A stretch of DNA of 64,000 nucleotides from Chamaesiphon sp. (GTDB lineage: Bacteria > Cyanobacteriota > Cyanobacteriia > Cyanobacteriales > Chamaesiphonaceae), in the NCBI GenBank assembly GCA_965246715.1, contig CBDFFH010000012.1:64001-128000 (forward strand), written 5' to 3'. The notes beneath the pieces were generated by a model. The model ran no database searches. It saw only the letters and a program-made list of their open reading frames with translations, and was not told the DNA's origin. Below, piece by piece: positions 40,112 to 51,321 of the stretch. The stretch's first letter is position 1; every line of letters begins with the position of its first letter. The translations under genes and the position numbers were made by a program.

Positions 40112-41395
40112 ATGAAACTAAATTGGCTTATTTCTGGGCTGCTCGGTAGTGCATGTTTGCTGCTAGCGGCACCAGCACAAGCGAGCAAATTCACTGGTTG
40201 GCAATTTGATGCCAATCGCAATCAATTAGACTTTGGCACAGATACAGGAGTTCAGCCCAAAGCGAGCTTACTCGATGGTCCCTACCGCCTCGTAGTGGAC
40301 TTACCCAGTACAAAAATGACCGAGGCAACCGTCCGCAAAAAGTACGGTGGAGCGGTGCGCGAAGTCCGCATCGCGCAAGCCGATAATAACAATACCCGCA
40401 TCGTCATCGAACTCGCGCCGGGGTATGGGCTGAGTCCCCAAAATGCGATCGTCCGGAGCGATTTGCCCTCCCGCTGGACGATAAAATTAAGATCGATCGC
40501 GCGGGGAGTTTCGACAGCCAGCACGGGTAAAATTCAACCCGTACCCGTCAGTCCGGTGATCTTAGCTGGAGTAGTCCCCTTCGGCCAGGAAATGACTGTA
40601 CTCAAGAGCAAAATTACTGCCTTGGTAGCGAAGTATGATTATCTATCGCCAGGCATGTTTTTCATGGAGGTAGATACTGGTAATTATCTGGATATTAATG
40701 GCGATAAGAGTTTCTCCGCAGCGAGTACGATCAAATTACCGATTTTGATGGCACTGTTTCAAGCCGTGGATGCCGGACAGGTCAAATTGAATGAAACGCT
40801 TAGTGTCAGGGGCGATTTGATTGCGTCTGGTTCGGGGGAATTGCAGTATAGTCGGGGGGCAAAATTGAGCGTGCTGCAAACGGCAACAAAGATGATTGCC
40901 ATCAGCGACAATACCGCGACGAATATGATTATCGCCCGCATGGGCGGTAAAGACCCGCTCAATAGTAAGTTTCGGAGTTGGGGATTGAAGAAAACGACGA
41001 TCCGCCGCCAACTTGGCGACTTTGCGGGGTTGAATACGACTAGTCCCACCGATTTAGTGCGGTTATCAGCGTTGATTGCCAAGCACCAACTCCTAACCGA
41101 AAGCAGTCGCAGTAAAGTTCTCGATATTCTTAACCAAACGGCCAATCGCAAATTCTTGACAGCTGGATTGGGTAAAGGTGCGGCAATCGCCCACAAGACA
41201 GGTACTCTAGGACGGCTAATCGGTGATGCGGGGATTATCGAGATGCCGAATGGGAAGCTCTATCTCGCAGGTATTTTCGTCCGTCGTTCGTTTAACGATA
41301 CCCGCGCACGCGACTTCGTACAGCAGGTATCAAAATTGACTTATACCTATATTAACGATCGACAAACCGCTCGCCAAGTAAGTGAGGTACCCTAG
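40112..41395 (+). CDS. AMIN-domain class A beta-lactamase-like serine hydrolase
   Basis: Signal peptide, AMIN (RLVVDLP, TRIVIEL), ASTIK, SDN, HKTG. Confidence 0.9.
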   Translation: MKLNWLISGLLGSACLLLAAPAQASKFTGWQFDANRNQLDFGTDTGVQPKASLLDGPYRLVVDLPSTKMTEATVRKKYGGAVREVRIAQADNNNTRIVIELAPGYGLSPQNAIVRSDLPSRWTIKLRSIARGVSTASTGKIQPVPVSPVILAGVVPFGQEMTVLKSKITALVAKYDYLSPGMFFMEVDTGNYLDINGDKSFSAASTIKLPILMALFQAVDAGQVKLNETLSVRGDLIASGSGELQYSRGAKLSVLQTATKMIAISDNTATNMIIARMGGKDPLNSKFRSWGLKKTTIRRQLGDFAGLNTTSPTDLVRLSALIAKHQLLTESSRSKVLDILNQTANRKFLTAGLGKGAAIAHKTGTLGRLIGDAGIIEMPNGKLYLAGIFVRRSFNDTRARDFVQQVSKLTYTYINDRQTARQVSEVP

Positions 41396-41566
41396 CAAAA
41401 TTGGTAGACTCACATCTTCCATCACAACAAATTTACTAGTGGCTAGTGGCTAGTAATTTTTAACTGACATCACCTCCGCTGCTTGACAGAGGAGGATTTT
41501 TTGCGTTAGTTTGGGGACTTCTCAATTTAGCTGTTGCTAATTTTTAACTTACGAGGTTGCTTTCCA

Positions 41567-42121
41567 ATGTCCTCAATTATTAGAACTGCGTTAGAATCGG
41601 ATATTAGTGGCATCCTCGATCTTCAATCTCAAAATCTCTTATCGAACCTCGCTCAAGCCGAGTTAGGTGATGGATTTGTTACTACACCTTTTACTCCAGT
41701 TTTACTTCAGCAATTATTCCGCAATACTGGTGTGTTCGTGGCTGAAGATGGAGGTAAAATCGTTGGTTACTTACTTGCAGGTGATTGGGCATTTTTCTCG
41801 CAGTGGGAAATTTTCAAAATGATGCTCGATCGATTACCAACGCTAGAATTTCAGAGTCGAGAAATAACTAGAGAGAATAGTTTTCAGTATGGCCCGATTT
41901 GTGTCGATCGAGCTGTCCGAGGTACGACAGTTTTTCCAGATTTATTTGCCAAAATGCGATCGAGTTTCGCGCCTAAGTTTACGATCGGGATTACCTTTAT
42001 TAATAAGTTGAACCAGCGATCGTTTGCCGCACATACTCGCAAGCTCGACCTGGAAGTTATCGATGAATTTGAGCTAAATAGTAATTCATTTTATACCCTC
42101 GCCTTTTCTACAAAGTCATGA
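41567..42121 (+). CDS. GNAT-family acetyltransferase-like protein
   Basis: IRTA..DI..I, VFVAE..KIVGY, GPICVDRAVRG, N.RS. Confidence 0.78.
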   Translation: MSSIIRTALESDISGILDLQSQNLLSNLAQAELGDGFVTTPFTPVLLQQLFRNTGVFVAEDGGKIVGYLLAGDWAFFSQWEIFKMMLDRLPTLEFQSREITRENSFQYGPICVDRAVRGTTVFPDLFAKMRSSFAPKFTIGITFINKLNQRSFAAHTRKLDLEVIDEFELNSNSFYTLAFSTKS

Positions 42122-42414
42122 CCGAACATCTGGCTGCTGCGAACGAGCCATCCTCAGAGCCAAATTTTATCCTGATTTGTCAGCATCTCACCTGTCGCAA
42201 ACAAGGTGCGGCAAAAGTACTTACCGCATTTAGAGCCATCCCGACACCCGAACTCAAATCTGAGGGGAGTGGTTGCTTGGGTCGATGTGGTAGTGGCCCC
42301 AACGCGATCGTTTTACCAGCCCGAATATGGTATCATCACCTTCGACCGCAAGATCTTCCCGACATAATTGCAGCTTGCACGTTACAAACTGACGATCGAT
42401 CTGTCGATGTTTGA
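42118..42414 (+). CDS. Thioredoxin-like [2Fe-2S] ferredoxin
   Basis: ICQHLTC...GCLGRCGSGPN. Confidence 0.85.
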   Translation: MTEHLAAANEPSSEPNFILICQHLTCRKQGAAKVLTAFRAIPTPELKSEGSGCLGRCGSGPNAIVLPARIWYHHLRPQDLPDIIAACTLQTDDRSVDV

Positions 42415-42432
42415 CAACCTTAGATTTTAAAG

Positions 42433-43224
42433 ATGAAAATTGCCACCTGGAATGTCAACTCGATTCGGACGCGACTGGAGATCGTCACTGGTTGGTTGCA
42501 AGCAAATCCAGTAGATGTCCTCTGCGTTCAAGAAACTAAAGTAGTTGACGAGTTATTTCCGATCGTGGCAATTGAAGCTTGTGGCTATCACGTCTATTTT
42601 TCTGGGCAAAAGGCATATAACGGGGTGGCGATGATTAGCAAGCAACCGTTAGCTGATGTCCAAATAGGATTTGGTAGCGTACTCGCACCAGAATTAGTCG
42701 GCGATTTAGACGAGCAAAAGCGGGTAATTGCGGGGACGCTAGCTGGGGTAAGGATTGTTAATCTGTATGTCCCCAATGGTAACTCCGTAGACAGTGATAA
42801 ATACACCTACAAGCTGCGCTGGCTGGAATTATTAGGAAAGTATTTAAAAACTATAATTACGTCCGATCGCGCGTCGATTTGCGTCTGTGGGGACTTTAAT
42901 ATCGCGCTGGAAGATCTGGATATTCACAGTAAAACTATCGCAAAAGATCGCGTAATGGCAACCCCGATCGAACGCGAAACTTTACAACGATCGGTACTCG
43001 ATTTGGGGTTGCGCGATAGCTTTCGGAAATTTACAACTGAAGGCGGACATTATAGTTGGTGGGATTATCGCCAACAGGGATTCGAGCGCAATCGCGGTTG
43101 GCGGATCGACCATCTTTATTTAACCCCCGATTTATTCGATCGAGCTATTGGTTGTTCGATCGATATCGAGCCGCGTAAGTTACCTCAACCCAGCGATCAC
43201 GCACCAGTAATTCTCGAATTTTAA
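42433..43224 (+). CDS. xth: Exodeoxyribonuclease III
   Basis: ATWNVNSIR, QETK, YNGVA, GDFN, WWDYR, RIDH, SDHAP. Confidence 0.95.
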   Translation: MKIATWNVNSIRTRLEIVTGWLQANPVDVLCVQETKVVDELFPIVAIEACGYHVYFSGQKAYNGVAMISKQPLADVQIGFGSVLAPELVGDLDEQKRVIAGTLAGVRIVNLYVPNGNSVDSDKYTYKLRWLELLGKYLKTIITSDRASICVCGDFNIALEDLDIHSKTIAKDRVMATPIERETLQRSVLDLGLRDSFRKFTTEGGHYSWWDYRQQGFERNRGWRIDHLYLTPDLFDRAIGCSIDIEPRKLPQPSDHAPVILEF

Positions 43225-43303
43225 GCAGGAATATTGGGCATTTTAAAACTAGGTCGATTGTAAATCCGATACCTTTAACTATATATATCGCTTATCTAAG
43301 ATT

Positions 43304-43511
43304 ATGAGTAGCCAAGATGAGTTAGCTTTAAACTGTCATCTAAGAGCGGATGTTTCTCAGGATGTTGTCGATACGCTTACTTACTTACTTAGTTGGTTAT
43401 TATCATCACTTACTAAACTTAGGATATCATTACTCTAAGCCAGTACCGATCTATTTTATTGATGGCAAAGCTTATATAGACGAAGAGGAAGGAAGAATAG
43501 AACTATCATAA
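43304..43511 (+). pseudogene. Possible internally deleted gene remnant
   Basis: MSSQDELALNCHLRADVSQDVVDTLTYL in one frame and LGYHYSKPVPIYFIDGKAYIDEEEGRIELS* in another. Confidence 0.3.
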
Positions 43512-43686
43512 ATTAATCGCAAACCTTGCTTCTGTCTGCATAGCAATATTATCAGGATGAATGCCATCAGTTAGTAGCAAGAATCTGTAGTTGGGTTTCA
43601 TTCTTCAACCCAACTACCTCAACCAAAGTTTATTTCATTCATAACAAAGGCATTGCCGATTTGAAGTCAGTTTGGGAAATGTCTAA

Positions 43687-43925
43687 ACCTTGGTGCTTAG
43701 TCAGCAACCGCCCTCGAATGAATTCGGGGCTAATAGCCAAAGTTCACTGAAGTGAACTGAAAGATTTTTCTTGTGGTGTATGAAACTATCCTGCCTTTTT
43801 TAAGGCGGCTTGGATGATTGTCTAGGTTCTTATAGGCATTCAAACATCCTCTTAGTTCGTTTCAACGAACTTTCGCTATTAGCCCCAAATTCATTTGAGG
43901 GCGGTTGCTGACTAAGTACTAGGGT
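43687..43925. repeat. Long inverted repeat (~75-bp arms), REPIN/MITE-like
   Basis: cttagtcagcaaccgccctcgaatgaattcggggctaatagc / gctattagccccaaattcatttgagggcggttgctgactaag. Confidence 0.85.
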
Positions 43926-43983
43926 CTGGTAATTTTCATTTCACTAAAGTACGAGAGCGAAGTTGAATGTAAAATCGAGGCAG

Positions 43984-45333
43984 TTAGTTTTTACCAACCA
44001 CCTTTGCCGTCACCCCACCTTTTGGCCCTAACGTGACCCCGCGCCGGACTGGAGCGACGGGTAATTCGCCAGTCAATTTCAGTTGACAATTAGTTAGTAC
44101 CTCAAATAACACTAATTTTAGTTCTAATTGTGCCAATGCCATCCCGATACAGCGCCGACTGCCACCACCGAATGGGAAGTATTCATACGGCGAAAATTGA
44201 CGGGTTAAAAAGCGTTCTGGCTTAAACGCATCGGGTTCGGGATAGATATCTTCGCGATGGTGTGCCAGATAAATGCACCCGACCACTATTGTATTTGCCG
44301 GGATGTCATATCCTTGCAGCGATACTGGTTCCTTGGTCAAACGCGGAAATGTTAACATTCCCACTGGATAAATCCGTAAAGTCTCCGAGCAAACCGCACT
44401 TAAGTACGGCAATTTATTAATCGCCATTGCATCTGCTTGTGGGTCTAATGTTGCGATTTCTGCTAGTAATTTTTCTTTGACTTCAGGTAGATAATTGACC
44501 CAATAAATCGCCCAAGCTAACGCGGTGGCTGTAGTTTCATGTCCGGCAAATAGTAGCGTCATCAATTCATCGCGTAGCTCTACATCGGTCATCCCATTCC
44601 CGTCGGCATCTTGAGAATCGATTAATAAACTGAGAATATCCGCTCGATTCGATCGATCTTCAGCGCGACGCTCGGCAATTTCAGCATAGATTAAGCGATC
44701 GAGTAATTCGCGCCCGCGCAAGAATTTACCCCACGGACTCCATGCCCCCAAATCTAATTGTAAAGCGGGTAAGAATAGCAGCGCCGAACTTAGGGGCGAC
44801 TCCACCAAAGAGAGAATAGCGATTAATTTATCGCGGATCTCATCGTAACGATCGCCGCGATACAGCCCAAATACAGTTTGTAAAATAATCGATAGTGAAA
44901 TCGATTGCATTTGCTCGCGGACATTAATAGTTTCACCGACTTGCCAGTTGGCGATCTTTTCTTGGGTAATTTTCCGCATCAAATCGGTATACAGCCGTAC
45001 CTTATCGCCATGAAATGACGGCATTACTAGCTGTCGACGTTGACGATGTTTGTCGCCATCCAATAAAATAACCCCATTACTACCGATAAACGGTTGGAGG
45101 ATTTGATTCGTTTCGCCTGGAGCCGAAAACTGCTTGGTATCGCTAGTTAATAACTGTTGAATTGCTGCGGGACTACTAATAAAGATTGCGCCCTCGAATC
45201 CCCCAGTCATATTCACGGTAAAAATCTCGCCACATTCCCGATCGTATTTGTGCAAAAATTCCAATGGAGTCATAATCCAATCCCACAATTGGAGGAAATT
45301 GGGTGCATTCACGCTCGGTGGCAGAGTCATCAT
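43984..45333 (-). CDS. Cytochrome P450 (CYP110-like)
   Basis: AGHETT, ETLR, PERF, FGGGSRRCIG. Confidence 0.95.
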   Translation of the reverse strand: MMTLPPSVNAPNFLQLWDWIMTPLEFLHKYDRECGEIFTVNMTGGFEGAIFISSPAAIQQLLTSDTKQFSAPGETNQILQPFIGSNGVILLDGDKHRQRRQLVMPSFHGDKVRLYTDLMRKITQEKIANWQVGETINVREQMQSISLSIILQTVFGLYRGDRYDEIRDKLIAILSLVESPLSSALLFLPALQLDLGAWSPWGKFLRGRELLDRLIYAEIAERRAEDRSNRADILSLLIDSQDADGNGMTDVELRDELMTLLFAGHETTATALAWAIYWVNYLPEVKEKLLAEIATLDPQADAMAINKLPYLSAVCSETLRIYPVGMLTFPRLTKEPVSLQGYDIPANTIVVGCIYLAHHREDIYPEPDAFKPERFLTRQFSPYEYFPFGGGSRRCIGMALAQLELKLVLFEVLTNCQLKLTGELPVAPVRRGVTLGPKGGVTAKVVGKN

Positions 45334-45410
45334 ACTGTTAACAATTTATAACTATCCATATCTATGATAGATCGACGCTCGATGTTAATGCGGGGAGGCC
45401 AAGAAGATCG

Positions 45411-46460
45411 ATGACGAACATCCAGGTGGTATTGTGTGGCTATTATGGCAAAGGTAATGGCGGTGACGAGGCATTATTAGTATCGATGTTGGAGATGCTG
45501 CCGCCGACAGTAACACCGCTAGTATTGTCAGCAAATCCCCGTGCTACGACTAAAAGCTATGGAGTCAAAAGTGCCGATCGAATGAATAGCGGTGCGGTAG
45601 TCCGCGCGCTCAGAGAGTCGCACTATTTGATTTTGGGTGGCGGCAGCTTGATCCAGGATGCCACGAGTATGCAAAGTTCGATCTATTATGGCGGCCTGAT
45701 GGGTTTAGCCAGACAGTTTGGACTCAAAACGATCGCCATCGCCCAAGGTATCGGGCCGCTCGATAAGCCACTAACGCGGTGGATTGCCAAAAATGCCTTT
45801 GCTGGCTGTACGGCAATTAGCGTCCGCGATCCTGTTTCCGCAGCATTATTAACAGATTGGGGGATCGATTGTCTCCTCGCGCCCGACCCAGTTTGGAGTA
45901 TGGATGCCACGCCAGTACCCGTCATTAGCAGCATCCCTAGTCCCAAAATCGCCGTCACCTTGCGATCGCACCCACAATTGACAAATGCCCGCTTAGACGT
46001 GCTAACTCAAGCCTTGGTGGACTTACAAGCCGCCACTGGCAGTCATATTTTACTCGTGCCCTTTCAGCCGACTACCGATGTAGCGATGGCCGAACGCATC
46101 CGATCGCAATTAACCGATAATAGCCAAGTAGTCACGCTAACAGATCCAAAACAACTCAAAGGCTTATTTCAAGGCGTAGATCTAGCGATCGGGATGCGTT
46201 ATCACAGTCTGATTATGGCAGCAGCCGAAGGTTGTAAATGTTGGGCGATTAGTTATGACCCCAAAGTTAGTAAACTGATGACAGAAATCGATCTCCCCGG
46301 CTGGGAATTAGCCGACATTCCGACTGAGTCGAACGCCATTACTCAAGCTTGGCAACAACACCTCACCACAGGTGCCGCGCTAAGTCCGACAGCCATCGAT
46401 ACACTCAACCAAAAATCCCTCGCGCATCGAGATTTACTGACTGCGGCAATTAATAGCTAA
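45411..46460 (+). CDS. csaB: Polysaccharide pyruvyl transferase
   Basis: GYYGKGNGGDEA, GGGSLIQD, QGIGP, SVRD, GMRYH, YDPKV. Confidence 0.9.
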   Translation: MTNIQVVLCGYYGKGNGGDEALLVSMLEMLPPTVTPLVLSANPRATTKSYGVKSADRMNSGAVVRALRESHYLILGGGSLIQDATSMQSSIYYGGLMGLARQFGLKTIAIAQGIGPLDKPLTRWIAKNAFAGCTAISVRDPVSAALLTDWGIDCLLAPDPVWSMDATPVPVISSIPSPKIAVTLRSHPQLTNARLDVLTQALVDLQAATGSHILLVPFQPTTDVAMAERIRSQLTDNSQVVTLTDPKQLKGLFQGVDLAIGMRYHSLIMAAAEGCKCWAISYDPKVSKLMTEIDLPGWELADIPTESNAITQAWQQHLTTGAALSPTAIDTLNQKSLAHRDLLTAAINS

Positions 46461-46576
46461 TCGCTAGTAATTAAAATCCCGCAACATCTGTTACAACTTG
46501 CCTTAACCAATTAAGATATTAGTCAACTAATTGGATCTGTGTGGCAATTCATAACTCATAATTCATAATTTTATTC

Positions 46577-47689
46577 ATGTCCTCAGCAGAAAGCTTTAAC
46601 CCCGATCGATCCAAAGCAGACCAACCCAATGGTTCGCAGTCTGCACCAGCTATTGAAACTGTTTACACCACGGTAGAGTCGCAAGCCGATCGTACTGATT
46701 GGCTGACAGTAGTTAGCAATCTCCGCCATAGCGAGCGGCAATTAGTCGAACGGATTGCTAGATTAGAACAGGCGTTGGCATCTGCCAAGCAAGAACTGCA
46801 CGATCGCAAAGCAGAAAATCAGAATCATGAGATTACGATCTTGCAACATCAAGATGAATTAAAAGTAGCTCGCGATCGAGTTGGCGGATTGTTTCAACAA
46901 CTCGAAAATTCACACCAAATCGGCCAACGCCAACAACTGCTGATCGAGTCGCTCTCCCAGCAACTAGAAATCTCTCATGCTGTTATCCCGCAATTGGAAG
47001 CAGAAAACGAAGAACTCAGCCAAAAATATCGCCAACAAGCACAGAAATTAGACAAAACCGAACGAGTCGCAGTCGAACTCCATCGGCGGCTGAAATTACA
47101 GACTGGAGCAATTACTCGATCGATAGTTCCCGCCGAAAATACCAACCCAGCACCAGATCTTGCCCAACCGGAAGTAACGCCACCTGTAACTGCACCCGTA
47201 GTCGCTGAGACTGTCGATTTCGCAACTAGCGCTCCCGTCCCCACCCCGATCGAATCTCCAGCAGCAGCCCTGGCAGGAGCCATTTCCGAAGCAGCTATTT
47301 CGGAAGATCTATCGATGGAGACAACTCCAACAGCTTCCCGCTCGATTGACTCGCCGACGACACCGAGTGCCGATCGCGAGCTGCCAGCCTGGACACCATC
47401 AACCGCCGCACGTCCCCAAAAAACTATCTTATCGCCACCCCAAACCAGTTGGCGCGAAGCCATCGCCAGCAACAATTCCAAGTACCTCGATCTCCCCAAT
47501 CTCGAACCGCATAGTTTCGCGCCGAAACCCCCAGAAATAACTTATGGGGAGATCGATATCGATGAGGACGATACATCAATCGCGAAACCTTCACCAAATT
47601 GGCCGTCACCAACACTCGATCGCAATCGTCCCATCGCCAAAGCAGTCACGATCGATCTCCCGAAATTTCCCAAAAAGCAAGAAAGCTAA
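46577..47689 (+). CDS. Hypothetical coiled-coil protein with Pro-rich tail
   Basis: Heptad-rich N-half, low-complexity C-half ending PNWPSP..IDLPKFP. Confidence 0.75.
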   Translation: MSSAESFNPDRSKADQPNGSQSAPAIETVYTTVESQADRTDWLTVVSNLRHSERQLVERIARLEQALASAKQELHDRKAENQNHEITILQHQDELKVARDRVGGLFQQLENSHQIGQRQQLLIESLSQQLEISHAVIPQLEAENEELSQKYRQQAQKLDKTERVAVELHRRLKLQTGAITRSIVPAENTNPAPDLAQPEVTPPVTAPVVAETVDFATSAPVPTPIESPAAALAGAISEAAISEDLSMETTPTASRSIDSPTTPSADRELPAWTPSTAARPQKTILSPPQTSWREAIASNNSKYLDLPNLEPHSFAPKPPEITYGEIDIDEDDTSIAKPSPNWPSPTLDRNRPIAKAVTIDLPKFPKKQES

Positions 47690-47796
47690 ATCGGTTTTGC
47701 CAAGTAGAGATGACTGAATTCGATCGATAGCTTGCTTTTACCCTATATAAATTTTTACGCATTTTATTGAATTGCAATATGAATCACTGTTGAAAT

Positions 47797-47834
47797 TTAG
47801 GGTAGGGGTAATTCATGAATTACCTCTACCCTAA
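47797..47834. repeat. REP-like palindrome
   Basis: ttagggtaggggtaattcatgaattacctctaccctaa. Confidence 0.65.
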
Positions 47835-48029
47835 TACTCCCTTCCCGCCACTGCTGTTGCGCCCCTCTCCGCCTCGGGGCGGGACTGGGGGAGGAGTCGG
47901 GAACTAGAGCGATAACAACATCTGTCTACTTAATTATCGATAAAAACTCGATCGCCAGATATCTCCGCTAACCCCTAGCCACCACCCCTGATTTCCCTGT
48001 AGAATTTGCCTAAATTGCCCCTGATAAAT

Positions 48030-48965
48030 ATGTCGAAATTCTTGTCCAAGATGGTTATGGCTGCTGCACTAGTAAGCCTCTCTGGTGCCGCGCAAGCTCA
48101 ACTCCCTTCAGCTTCGCCATCCCTTCCGCCAACTCAACCAACCCCATCGATCTCCCCATCGCCTACTCCCACAACTACTCCTACACCCACACCCACACCC
48201 TCAGCAGTTCCTTCTGGGACTCCTGCCGTAACTACTGTAGACCTAAAATTATTGAGTAAAGCGATCGGGATATTTTGGCAAGGAAGTCGCGCCCAAGGAG
48301 AATCTCAGCTTGTAATGACAATTCAGGGCAAAACTACAAATACCAAATTAGTCACGATTAATGCCACATCCAAAACGATCGCTCAAACAGGCGATAAATT
48401 TCGCTCCGAACTGACAGTATCTAAAGCAGGATCGCCATCAAAACTAACATACACGATCGTCGGTAACGGTCAAACAGTCTGGGTATATCGTCCCGATAAA
48501 CGTCAGTATGCTCAATACACTTTCTCAGCCTTTAAATCTGAATATTATTCGACATTAATCGGACTGTCTTCGGTTTTCTTTGTCAGTATGCCAGAGACAA
48601 CTCGCAAACAAATTACCGCTGGGCTTGCTACCGATAACAATCCTTTGAGTTCGATTCCACAAAGTGAAATTAAAAGCTTACAAGGTAGTAATCGGTTAGT
48701 TGACGGTCAAAATTTGTACGTTTATTCCTATGATAATAAGGAAGAAAAGTTAGCCTTTAGTGGCTTCGTTCAACCCGAAACCGGAGTTCTCAAACAAATC
48801 GAATTTGTTAGCAATGATGAGCGTGGGGATCTAAAGATAACTGAAAAAATTCTCAGCCACAAAACCAGCAATAATACCACTAGTCAAACTTTTAGATTTT
48901 CTCCACCGCGAGGGGCTAAAAAAGTTAAATCGGTATCCAGCGATTTACTTAAATTACTTCAATAA
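48030..48965 (+). CDS. Secreted LolA-like/DUF2092 protein with Pro/Thr linker
   Basis: Signal peptide AAQA, PT repeats, IVGNGQTVWVY, FRFSPPRGAKKV. Confidence 0.75.
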   Translation: MSKFLSKMVMAAALVSLSGAAQAQLPSASPSLPPTQPTPSISPSPTPTTTPTPTPTPSAVPSGTPAVTTVDLKLLSKAIGIFWQGSRAQGESQLVMTIQGKTTNTKLVTINATSKTIAQTGDKFRSELTVSKAGSPSKLTYTIVGNGQTVWVYRPDKRQYAQYTFSAFKSEYYSTLIGLSSVFFVSMPETTRKQITAGLATDNNPLSSIPQSEIKSLQGSNRLVDGQNLYVYSYDNKEEKLAFSGFVQPETGVLKQIEFVSNDERGDLKITEKILSHKTSNNTTSQTFRFSPPRGAKKVKSVSSDLLKLLQ

Positions 48966-48990
48966 AGCTCGAATCTAATCGCTGCGATGC

Positions 48991-49025
48991 AATATCCCCG
49001 ACTTCTTCGAGAAGTCGGGGATATT
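48991..49025. repeat. REP-like palindrome / possible bidirectional terminator, copy 1
   Basis: atatccccgacttcttcgagaagtcggggatatt, identical to 57588-57621. Confidence 0.85.
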
Positions 49026-49106
49026 TTGTTGCTAACCAATCGAAAAAATGGCTCTGTTATAGACAGAACCATCATCCCATAGGAATCCAAAATTAGGTCG
49101 ATCGTG

Positions 49107-50183
49107 TTAGCGAACTACACCTGCTTGTTTAGTCATATCGATCGGTTTAATCAGATACAAGCGGAGTAATTTTACACCCATCGACACGATTATCGGTAGA
49201 TTCTGAATCTTTTTCAAAAACTTAGGTGTGTTGGATTGTGAGGAGGCGACTAATTTTAGATAGTCTGCGGCACACTTATCTAAAGTTTGGAAGAATGCTG
49301 GACGATCTACATCCAAAATCACGGGGAATACTCGTCCCGCAGTTTTATTGGTTTCTTGGATGACTTCGATATCAAAATCGCGGCTATTCATCCCCAAAAT
49401 TCCGTAGAATTTGCTTTCTCGATCGCGGAGATACATCGTGGCAAATACCGCCAACAGGAAGAACCGACACCAGAGTTTTGCTCTCCAGTCATTCAGGAGT
49501 TGGGGTTGGGCGCGCATGAGCGCATCAAAGAAATCACCATGACGATTCTCGTCTTGGCACCAGTTATCAAAGAAATGGAAGATCGGATAGATCCGATTTT
49601 CGGGATTTGCTTCTAAGTGACGGAAAATTTTGATATAGCGCCAGTACCCAATCTTCTCTGATAGGTACACTGAGTAGAAAATAAATTTGGGTTTGAAGAA
49701 GGTGTATTTGTGATTTTGAGTCAGAAAGCCCAAATCGAGCGAGAGTCCAAAGTCGGACATCGCTTTATTAAGGAAGCCAGCATGACGCGCTTCATCTCGC
49801 GACAGGAGGTTAAAGCCTTCAGCGAGGATCGGATTCTTGTCCTTGAGCCGACGACTGAGTTCTTTGTAGAGCAAAAATCCCGAAAATTCTGAAGTGCAAG
49901 AACTTTCGAGAAACTCGATAAATATCTGCCGGGTTTCTGTTGGGAGATCGTCCCAAGAGCGATCGAATCTTTCATCCCTTACGAAGTGGGTGCGGTTATA
50001 ATCAACCCGAAATTCTTCGATAATCGCTAGCAACTCATCTTCATTGACGGAGAGATCCATTTTCGCAATCTCTTCAAAGTCGGTTGTGTAGAACCGAGGC
50101 GTAAGAAGAGTTTCTTTGGCGGGGCGTTTGACCCCTGGTCTTAATTCGTCAAATGATGTTTGTTTTGTAAGGGAATTTACCAT
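49107..50183 (-). CDS. acsF: Mg-protoporphyrin IX monomethyl ester oxidative cyclase
   Basis: [43 protein letters not shown]. Confidence 0.96.
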   Translation of the reverse strand: MVNSLTKQTSFDELRPGVKRPAKETLLTPRFYTTDFEEIAKMDLSVNEDELLAIIEEFRVDYNRTHFVRDERFDRSWDDLPTETRQIFIEFLESSCTSEFSGFLLYKELSRRLKDKNPILAEGFNLLSRDEARHAGFLNKAMSDFGLSLDLGFLTQNHKYTFFKPKFIFYSVYLSEKIGYWRYIKIFRHLEANPENRIYPIFHFFDNWCQDENRHGDFFDALMRAQPQLLNDWRAKLWCRFFLLAVFATMYLRDRESKFYGILGMNSRDFDIEVIQETNKTAGRVFPVILDVDRPAFFQTLDKCAADYLKLVASSQSNTPKFLKKIQNLPIIVSMGVKLLRLYLIKPIDMTKQAGVVR

Positions 50184-50523
50184 AGTGATTTTTTCTATAA
50201 CTAAGATCGATCGCGGGATGGCGCTTTAGAGTGAAAACTCAGCTAACACCAAGCGTTTGTTTTTAAAAAGCCTCTCGGCAGGTGGATCGATCGCCACGAT
50301 CGCTCAGATATCGATCGCCTTTACTATTGAAGTGTACCAATTCTGGGCTGATGGATCGGGATCTTTGTGTTAAGAGTTGCTAAGGATCGGGACACCCAGA
50401 CGGTTTCAAGTGGGTAGTAGTAGATCTATTATTACCGACAAGGGGCACCTCTATGATTACTGACATTACTAGATCTGCAATCTCGATCGCTGAAACTCGA
50501 CCGATTGCCGCAATAATATTGAG

Positions 50524-51321
50524 ATGCACATCGATACGCTTGCCTACACCAACCGCCTCTGTCGGCTCCCACCCGAACAAAAGCTAGGTTTTGCCCTAGT
50601 TCTATTATTTATTACGTATTTAACACCAATCCCGATCCAATTACTAATTCTCGGCTGGGTGTCGATTTGGATCGCGATCTATGCCAGGATTCCCGTTGGG
50701 GTATATCTCCGGTTGTTATGGCTGACGGCGATGTTTTGGCTCAGTAGCGTCCCCGCGATCGTGTTAAATGGGGTAGGATTTGCCGATCTAGATCGAGTTC
50801 GAGTGGATGCGCTCTGGGGTTGGCAAGTTGGCGATTATTATCTATATATCAGTCAGCATGGGTTGATTCAAGCTGGCGAACTGGGAGTACGCACGATCGC
50901 GACATCAGCTTGCATGTATCTGATTTTGCTCACCGTCCCATTTGTGGCGATGCTCGATATTTTCCGGCGCTGCGGTTGTCCGACACTACTCACCGAATTA
51001 TTATTTTTAATGTATCGGTTTATCTTCATCTTGCTCGATACTGCACAAGAACTCTGGATCGCCCAAAATGCGCGCGGTGGCTATCGTACGCGGCGATTGT
51101 GGATGCAGAGTATCGCCCTATTAGTGGGTCAATTATTACGCCGGACGATGCAAAATTATCAACAGGTATCGCTGAGTTTGGCAGCGAGGGGATTTAATGG
51201 TGAGTTTCAAGTATGGCACTCGCGATCGTATCAACCCTCGCGCCGCTATAGCTTAGAAGCCGCGATCGGTTGTACGATTCTAGTAACCTTGGCTGGATGG
51301 ATGTATGTTACTAGAGTTTGA
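50524..51321 (+). CDS. cbiQ: Cobalt ECF transporter T component
   Basis: IDTLAYTNRL..LPPEQK, LMYRFIF, AQNARGG, LAARGF. Confidence 0.88.
   Translation: MHIDTLAYTNRLCRLPPEQKLGFALVLLFITYLTPIPIQLLILGWVSIWIAIYARIPVGVYLRLLWLTAMFWLSSVPAIVLNGVGFADLDRVRVDALWGWQVGDYYLYISQHGLIQAGELGVRTIATSACMYLILLTVPFVAMLDIFRRCGCPTLLTELLFLMYRFIFILLDTAQELWIAQNARGGYRTRRLWMQSIALLVGQLLRRTMQNYQQVSLSLAARGFNGEFQVWHSRSYQPSRRYSLEAAIGCTILVTLAGWMYVTRV

Noticed and set aside
40112..41395. Beta-lactam resistance gene
   Set aside because: AMIN-fused class A-like proteins are widespread cyanobacterial envelope enzymes; no sign of mobility
43984..45333. P450 as part of a biosynthetic cluster with the desaturases
   Set aside because: 12 kb away among housekeeping genes; no PKS, NRPS or ACP genes in the window
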